Shown here one piece after another: positions 58,480 through 64,000 of a stretch of DNA of 64,000 bases. The translations under genes were made by a program, and so were the position numbers. Source of the DNA: an uncultured Pseudomonadota bacterium (GTDB lineage: Bacteria; Pseudomonadota; Alphaproteobacteria; RF32; CAG-239); the NCBI GenBank assembly GCA_949295085.1, contig CASFJS010000003.1, positions 2,695-66,694 of the forward strand, read 5' to 3'. The notes under the pieces were generated by a model that had not been told where the DNA came from, did not search any database, and saw only the letters and a program-made list of their open reading frames with translations. Each line of letters opens with the position of its first letter. Positions within the stretch are counted from its first letter, which is position 1.

Positions 58480-59898
58480 ATGTATGACCCGAAATCCGGT
58501 AAAGCCGAAGACTTTATAAATCATGAAGAAATTTTAGCCACTTTGGACTATGCCGCCCAAAATAAACACAACGCCGCTCTGATTGACGAGATATTGTCCA
58601 AAGCGCGCCGACGCAAAGGCCTAAACCATCGTGACGCCGCTGTTTTGCTGGATTGCGACATTCCCGAAAAAAACACCGAGATTTTTTCTCTGGCCGAACA
58701 AATCAAAAACGACTTCTACGGCAACCGCATTGTTTTGTTTGCGCCGCTTTATCTGTCAAATTACTGTGTCAACGGTTGTGTCTACTGTCCTTATCATGCC
58801 AAAAACAAACACATCGCCCGCAAAAAGATGACTCAGGAAGAAATTGCCCGCGAAGTGATTGCTCTGCAGGACATGGGACACAAACGCCTAGCCATTGAAG
58901 CCGGCGAAGACCCCGTCAATAACCCGATTGAATATATTTTGGAGTCCATCAAAACCATCTATGGTATCAAACACAAAAACGGCGCTATTCGCCGCGTTAA
59001 TGTCAATATTGCCGCCACCACGGTCGAAAACTACCGCAAACTGCACGAAGCCGGCATCGGGACCTACATTTTGTTCCAAGAAACTTACAACAAAGAAAAT
59101 TACGAAAACCTGCACCCGACAGGGCCTAAACACAACTATGCCTACCATACCGAAGCCATGGATCGCGCCATGCAAGGCGGTATTGACGATGTCGGGCTGG
59201 GCGTCTTGTACGGTCTGTCGACCTATCGCTATGAATTTGCCGGTCTTCTGATGCACGCCGAGCACCTGGAGGCCGTTTTCGGTGTTGGCCCGCACACCAT
59301 CAGCGTCCCGCGTATATGTCCGGCGGACGACATTGACCCAAAAGCTTTTTCCAACGCCATTAACGACGATATTTTTGCCAAACTGGTTGCCTGCATTCGA
59401 ATTGCCGTGCCTTATACCGGCATGATTGTTTCCACCCGCGAGAGTCAAAAATCGCGCGAACGCGTTTTACACCTGGGAATTTCACAAATATCCGGCGGCA
59501 GCCGCACGTCTGTCGGCGGTTACGCCGAACCGGAATTACCGGAAGAAAATTCGGCACAATTCGATATTTCCGATACCCGCTCGCTTGATGAGGTCGTGCG
59601 CTGGCTGATGCAGCTTGGCTACACCCCGAGTTTTTGCACTGCCTGCTACCGCGAAGGCCGCACCGGCGACCGCTTTATGGCTCTGTGCAAAAATATGCAA
59701 ATCCACAACTGTTGCCTGCCCAATGCCCTGATGACCCTGCAAGAATACCTGGAAGACTACGCCTCCGAAGAAACCAAAAAAGTCGGCGCCGCCTTAATCG
59801 CAAAAGAAGTCGGGCAAATTCCCAACGAAAAAGTTCGTCGTATCTGCAAAGAACATCTGGAGCTGATCAAAAACAATCAACGCGATTTCCGGTTTTAA
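58480..59898 (+). CDS. hydG: [FeFe]-hydrogenase H-cluster maturase HydG-type radical SAM tyrosine lyase
   Basis: 472 aa with the radical-SAM motif CVNGCVYC. It is collinear with HydG/ThiH along its length, and it has the HydG-specific C-terminal auxiliary-cluster motif CTAC-X22-C (SFCTACYREGRTGDRFMALCKNMQIHNCC) followed by LPNALMTLQEYLEDY. ThiH lacks this domain. Confidence 0.85.
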   Translation: MYDPKSGKAEDFINHEEILATLDYAAQNKHNAALIDEILSKARRRKGLNHRDAAVLLDCDIPEKNTEIFSLAEQIKNDFYGNRIVLFAPLYLSNYCVNGCVYCPYHAKNKHIARKKMTQEEIAREVIALQDMGHKRLAIEAGEDPVNNPIEYILESIKTIYGIKHKNGAIRRVNVNIAATTVENYRKLHEAGIGTYILFQETYNKENYENLHPTGPKHNYAYHTEAMDRAMQGGIDDVGLGVLYGLSTYRYEFAGLLMHAEHLEAVFGVGPHTISVPRICPADDIDPKAFSNAINDDIFAKLVACIRIAVPYTGMIVSTRESQKSRERVLHLGISQISGGSRTSVGGYAEPELPEENSAQFDISDTRSLDEVVRWLMQLGYTPSFCTACYREGRTGDRFMALCKNMQIHNCCLPNALMTLQEYLEDYASEETKKVGAALIAKEVGQIPNEKVRRICKEHLELIKNNQRDFRF

Positions 59899-59971
59899 TA
59901 TTTTTATTCCGTAAGCACCCGTTTCTTTTGACAAAACTTTGCTTATATTAAATATTTGTTTATGGTTTTGT

Positions 59972-59980
59972 TGTTATAAT
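59972..59980 (+). promoter_or_regulatory. Extended -10 promoter candidate (TGtTATAAT) upstream of the antiporter gene
   Basis: TGTTATAAT at 59972-59980, 36 nt upstream of the ATG at 60016. No good -35 box is present, which fits the extended -10 class. Confidence 0.4.
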
Positions 59981-60015
59981 GCGGATGAATAATGTATAAG
60001 AAATGAAAGGCCTGT

Positions 60016-61776
60016 ATGAATCACCTGCCCGCGCTTATTTCCGACCTGGCGTTGATTATGATTTGCGCCGGTATCATCACCGTGCTGTTCAAAAAATTAA
60101 AACAGCCGGTGGTTTTGGGCTATATTCTGGCCGGTATTCTTGTCGGCCCGCATTTTGCCTTGTTTCCGAGCACGGCGGACAAAAGCAATATTCAAATCTG
60201 GGCCGACATCGGTGTTATTTTCCTTTTGTTTAGCTTAGGCCTTGAATTCAGCTTCAAAAAAATTGTCAACGTCGGCAAATCAGCCATTATTACCGCCAGT
60301 GCCAACATTTTGTTTATGCTTTTAATCGGCTACCATGTCGGCTTAGGCCTCGGCTGGTCTACCACCGAAAGCTTATTTCTGGGCGGTATGATATCCATGT
60401 CGTCAACCACCATTATCATTAAAGCTTTTGAGGAACTTAACCTCAAAGGACAAAAATTCACCGATTTGGTCTTTGGCGTTTTGGTGGTTGAAGATGTTGT
60501 TGGCATTTTGCTTTTGGTCTTGCTGCCGACCATTTCCATCGGCAAAACCGTCAGCGGCCTGGAACTCTTGTTCAGTTCGTCAAAATTGGTATTTTTTCTG
60601 GTATTATGGTTCATTACCGGTGTTTATCTGGTGCCGACTTTTCTAAAAAAAGTTATCTATCTCTTAAACGATGAACTACTCTTACTGGTATCCGTGGCTT
60701 TATGTTTGGGCATGGTCTGGCTGGCCACTTCTTTTGGTTTTTCTTCGGCTTTGGGCGCCTTTATCATGGGCTCCATCCTGGCCGAAACCGACGAAGCCGA
60801 ACGCATTGAAACCATCATAAAACCGATTAAAGATCTCTTTGGCGCGGTCTTTTTTACCTCCGTCGGTATGCTGGTTGATCCGTCAATGTTTATCGAATAC
60901 ATGGTTCCGATTATCGTCATCACTCTGGTCGTCATGCTTGGTAAAATAATTCTGTCCACTTTTGGTTTTCTGCTATCCGGAAACCGTTTGGAAACCTCTG
61001 TTCTTTGCGGTTTTTCACTGGCTCAGGTCGGCGAATTTGCTTTTATTATTGCCGCCTCCGGCATGGCTATCGGCGTATTGGAAAATTATGTTTACCCGAC
61101 GATCGTTGCCGTTTCGGTTATCACCACTTTTACCACCCCGTTGATGATCAATGCCGCCAAGCCTTTTTATAATTTTGTTTATCATCGTCTTCCCCAACGT
61201 TGGAAAGATTACTTAAACACGCACACATCATCAAAAAAAGACACAAATGCCGAGGAAGAATTATGGAAGCAACTGTTCAAAAAATATTTTATTAAACTCT
61301 GTATTTCTTCAGTTATTTTAATTGCAATCATCAACATCTCGTTTTATATCCTGCAACCGTTTCTGCTGACACATCTGCCCGAGCGTGTTGCGGCATTAAG
61401 CGCCACTTTGCTGACCTTGGCGGCCATGTCACCGTTTTTGCAGGGACTTTTGAGCGTTAACAGTGATCTCGCCCGTATCTATCTGACCCTCTGGCACAAA
61501 CGTATAACCAACCGTCTGCCCCTTCTTTTGTGCACAATTTTACGTATGGCCGTCATTGTTATCTTTATCATGATTGTCATCAATCATCTGTTCACCAAAG
61601 ATTTTTATGTAACCTATGCTTTGATGGGGTTATTCATCGTCATTTTATACAAATCGACCTGGCTGTCCAAAAAATACAAAAATATCGAACGGCAATTTTT
61701 ATCCAACCTCTATCGCTACAAGGAAAAAGACACCACAACCAATGAAACCAAACCACAAAAGGAGAAACAATCATGA
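60016..61776 (+). CDS. CPA2 (Kef-type) monovalent cation:proton antiporter with extra C-terminal membrane domain
   Basis: 586 aa. The first ~390 aa are a Na_H_exchanger-type region (GYILAGILVGP, LFSLGLEF). The C-terminal ~190 aa has further TM helices rather than a KTN/RCK domain. Confidence 0.85.
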   Translation: MNHLPALISDLALIMICAGIITVLFKKLKQPVVLGYILAGILVGPHFALFPSTADKSNIQIWADIGVIFLLFSLGLEFSFKKIVNVGKSAIITASANILFMLLIGYHVGLGLGWSTTESLFLGGMISMSSTTIIIKAFEELNLKGQKFTDLVFGVLVVEDVVGILLLVLLPTISIGKTVSGLELLFSSSKLVFFLVLWFITGVYLVPTFLKKVIYLLNDELLLLVSVALCLGMVWLATSFGFSSALGAFIMGSILAETDEAERIETIIKPIKDLFGAVFFTSVGMLVDPSMFIEYMVPIIVITLVVMLGKIILSTFGFLLSGNRLETSVLCGFSLAQVGEFAFIIAASGMAIGVLENYVYPTIVAVSVITTFTTPLMINAAKPFYNFVYHRLPQRWKDYLNTHTSSKKDTNAEEELWKQLFKKYFIKLCISSVILIAIINISFYILQPFLLTHLPERVAALSATLLTLAAMSPFLQGLLSVNSDLARIYLTLWHKRITNRLPLLLCTILRMAVIVIFIMIVINHLFTKDFYVTYALMGLFIVILYKSTWLSKKYKNIERQFLSNLYRYKEKDTTTNETKPQKEKQS

Positions 61777-62336
61777 ACGACAAAACGGTATGTATCTTAT
61801 TGATTGACGGTTTTGAAGAAGTCGAAGCCTTAATGCCGGCAGATATTTTCAAACGTCTTGATATCAATGTTATTCTGGCCGGCGTCGAAACCACCAAAAT
61901 TCGCGGTGCTCATGACTTTTTCATAACCACCGAAACGCTTCTGCGTGATGTATCCTTTGCCGATTTTGATGCCCTGATGCTCCCCGGCGGTCTTCCGGGA
62001 GCCATTAACCTGCGTAATTCTGCCGCTGTCACCGAGATTATCAATCAGGCCTGCGCCAACAACAAAATCTGTGCAGCCATCTGCGCCGCGCCGATTGTCT
62101 TGCGCGATGCCGGCGTTGCCAAAAACAAACGCATAACCGGCTATCCGGATACCGAACAGCTCTCGCACAGCCCCGATTTCAGATACACCGGCAGCGATGT
62201 TGAGCGCGACGGCAATATCATTACCGCCAAAGGTATGGGCAAAGCGGCCGCTTTTGCTTTTGAAATCGCACGCGCCATCGGCATCGCGGAAGAAAAAATC
62301 CGCGATGTCGCCGAAAATTCTTTTATCAAAGTCTGA
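61773..62336 (+). CDS. DJ-1/PfpI family protein (YajL/ThiJ-like)
   Basis: 187 aa with the nucleophile-elbow Cys in AAICAAP and the LPGG motif. It overlaps the antiporter stop by 4 nt. Confidence 0.88.
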   Translation: MNDKTVCILLIDGFEEVEALMPADIFKRLDINVILAGVETTKIRGAHDFFITTETLLRDVSFADFDALMLPGGLPGAINLRNSAAVTEIINQACANNKICAAICAAPIVLRDAGVAKNKRITGYPDTEQLSHSPDFRYTGSDVERDGNIITAKGMGKAAAFAFEIARAIGIAEEKIRDVAENSFIKV

Positions 62337-62357
62337 TACAAACCCCGCTTGTTACGG

Positions 62358-62396
62358 AACCGGCCGCTATTTTTTACGCGCCGGTTTTGTTTTTTC
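62358..62396 (+). terminator. Rho-independent terminator after the DJ-1 gene (embedded in the convergent mscL 3' end)
   Basis: AACCGGC (62358-62364) pairs with GCCGGTT (62380-62386) around a 15-nt loop, followed by TTGTTTTTTCTT. Confidence 0.5.
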
Positions 62397-62864
62397 TTCC
62401 AACATCGATGTACATTGAGGGCAACGCACGGCATCCAACGGAATATCCGAGCAGCAATACGGACAGGCTTTGGTCGTCTTAACGATATTTTTGGCCTCCT
62501 GCTTTTCCATTTTCTCACGGAGCGTGTTGATGGCTTTAATCAAAATAAATACCGCAAAAGCCACAATCACAAAACTGATAACGGCATTAATAAACAAACC
62601 GATATTCAATGTTACCGCACCGGCCTCCTGCGCTGCCGCCAGCGAGGCATAGGGCAGTTCGCCGTTACCTTTGCTTAGCACCACAAACAAATTTGAAAAA
62701 TCAACTTTACCTAACAACAGGCCGATTGGCGGCATAATAATGTCTTTAACCAATGAGTCGACGATTTTACCGAAAGCCGCACCGATAATAATACCGACAG
62801 CCATATCAATAACATTGCCGCGCATGGCAAATTTCTTAAATTCATTAACAAAACTTTTTAACAC
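62367..62864 (-). CDS. mscL: Large-conductance mechanosensitive channel MscL with C-terminal zinc-ribbon-like extension
   Basis: [33 protein letters not shown] is canonical MscL. The tail [21 protein letters not shown] carries CxxC-N11-CxxC. I prefer the GTG at 62864 (after GGTGA), because the TTG track start at 62900 lies in the nusG terminator U-tract. Confidence 0.88.
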   Translation of the reverse strand: MLKSFVNEFKKFAMRGNVIDMAVGIIIGAAFGKIVDSLVKDIIMPPIGLLLGKVDFSNLFVVLSKGNGELPYASLAAAQEAGAVTLNIGLFINAVISFVIVAFAVFILIKAINTLREKMEKQEAKNIVKTTKACPYCCSDIPLDAVRCPQCTSMLEEKTKPARKK

Positions 62865-62890
62865 GATCTTCACCTTTTTTCGAATTTTAT

Positions 62891-62926
62891 GTACAAACAA
62901 AAATGCCGCCCTTAGCAGACGGCATT
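62891..62926 (-). terminator. Rho-independent terminator after nusG
   Basis: The minus strand reads AATGCCG-tctgctaaggg-CGGCATT (62926-62902) followed by TTTGTTTGT. Confidence 0.6.
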
Positions 62927-62930
62927 CAAA

Positions 62931-63461
62931 CTAAACTTTTTCAACTTGAGAATACTCAAGCTCAACCGGTGTCGCTCGCCCGAAGATCGAAACCGAGACC
63001 TTAACTCTGGCTTTCTCGGTATCCACATCTTCCACCAACCCGACAAACGAAGCAAACGGCCCGTCACAAACTCTGACCTGCTCACCGATTTCAAAATTAA
63101 CAACCTCGCGCGGCCGTTCCACACCTTCCTGTATCTGGGTCATAATCCGCTGCACCTCAGCCTCGGTAATCGGATACGGCTTATTGCGCGAGCCCAAAAA
63201 ACCGCTGACATTCGGGTTGTTTTTAATCAAGTGCCAGGCATCATCCGACATAATCATCTTAACCAGAATATAACCGGGAAAGAATTTGCGCTCGCTGGTA
63301 ACTTTAGCACCTTTTTTAACCTCAACCACTTCTTCGGTCGGAATCAGCACATCAAAAATCCGGTCTTCCATCTTTTTGATAACGGCCTGCTCTTTAATCG
63401 ACTGTGCTACCTTTTTCTCACAGCCGGAATGAACGTTTACAACATACCAACGGGCATCCAT
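62931..63461 (-). CDS. nusG: Transcription termination/antitermination factor NusG
   Basis: 176 aa with the N-terminal motif WYVVNVHSGCEKKV and the KOW motif GEQVRVCDGPFASFVGLVEDV. Confidence 0.95.
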   Translation of the reverse strand: MDARWYVVNVHSGCEKKVAQSIKEQAVIKKMEDRIFDVLIPTEEVVEVKKGAKVTSERKFFPGYILVKMIMSDDAWHLIKNNPNVSGFLGSRNKPYPITEAEVQRIMTQIQEGVERPREVVNFEIGEQVRVCDGPFASFVGLVEDVDTEKARVKVSVSIFGRATPVELEYSQVEKV

Positions 63462-63467
63462 CTTATT

Positions 63468-63665
63468 TTATACTCCCAGCGAAAATACCAACCTGACAAT
63501 CCAACCCAGCAACTGATCAACGACAAAGAAAAATGTCGCCGCAATCGCCACAATAACAATAACCATCACCAGTGTTTGGTTAACTTCTTTTTTGCTCGGC
63601 CAGGTAACTTTCTTGACTTCTTGCTTAACCTGACGAAAAAACTGCAACGGACTGACTTTTGTCAT
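63468..63665 (-). CDS. secE: Preprotein translocase subunit SecE
   Basis: 65 aa from the ATG at 63665 (MTKVSPLQFFRQVKQEVKKVTWPSKKE, then a single TM). It lies immediately upstream of nusG. The longer TTG-initiated track ORF is probably an overextension. Confidence 0.88.
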   Translation of the reverse strand: MTKVSPLQFFRQVKQEVKKVTWPSKKEVNQTLVMVIVIVAIAATFFFVVDQLLGWIVRLVFSLGV

Positions 63666-64000
63666 AAGTTGTACCTTAAATTTCACATGATTAACAAATT
63701 TTTCAACCGGGCACGCCGCGACCACGCCGCCGAACCGGCGCACCAAGTTTCATTGAAAGCCACCATATTAAATTATTTTTTATCTGTCAATAACATATTT
63801 GCACTTTGGCCAAACTTTCCCTTTATCCGGCTCATGCAAAGCCCTCATAGAATTATCACCATCAATAATTTGTCGGCACTTTTCTGAATCCTTGACAAAA
63901 AGACAAAACAATGCTTTATTTAGGAACATATTCTCATTATAAATCAATTATTAACCTTAAAATAAATATAGTTATGGAAATACTCCTTTACGTGAGTCTT

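Noticed and set aside
63700-63746. GC-rich patch upstream of secE (contains CGCCG-gtt-CGGCG), examined as a possible tRNA-Trp or tRNA fragment
   Set aside because: No cloverleaf can be drawn, there is no T-loop GTTCRANNC and no CCA anticodon context. It is also covered by the overextended TTG ORF. It is probably just leader or terminator-like structure.
62946-63887. 313-aa plus-strand ORF spanning the nusG and secE loci in antisense
   Set aside because: A shadow ORF crossing two well-supported minus-strand genes and their spacer. I recognise no features in it.

Overview
The window reads as a compact, gene-dense chromosomal segment of about 45% GC by eye. It is probably from an alphaproteobacterium with a small genome. 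The evidence for that placement is a CcrM-type methyltransferase next to rnhB, the miaB-phoH-ybeY-corC-lnt-XRE block, a mitofilin/Mic60-like gene beside tsaD, an ATP12 homolog, and a flgBC-fliE operon. Nearly all of the window is housekeeping. This includes mreBCD-mrdA-rodA, ddl, miaA, metK-trmB, mnmA, folD, tsaD, nth, rarA, truA, lepA, rsmB, rlmE, rnhB, ugd, nusG-secE and others. Many gene junctions overlap by 4-20 nt and there are few terminators. I saw no rRNA, tRNA, CRISPR array, IS element, integrase or prophage signature. The least ordinary locus is a three-gene minus-strand cluster at 35053-40361, wedged between rarA and truA/lepA. It encodes an orphan type-IV-coupling-protein-like ATPase, a pentapeptide-repeat protein with a charged, Arg-terminated tail, and a TolC/OMF-like lipoprotein fused to a C-terminal SPOR domain. 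Secondary points of interest:
- tandem degenerate GGDEF/EAL-like paralogs at the left edge
- a TerB-like gene paired with a 385-aa orphan
- a Mic60-like gene without hemC/hemD
- a stand-alone HydG maturase divergent from a large U32 protein
- MscL with a zinc-ribbon tail
- a Kef-DJ-1 coupled pair
- tandem short Ppx/GppA paralogs
- a sigma-54-type promoter upstream of flgB
- a CtrA-box-like motif upstream of ccrM
All functional calls come from reading motifs and domain architecture in the translations. No database search was run.
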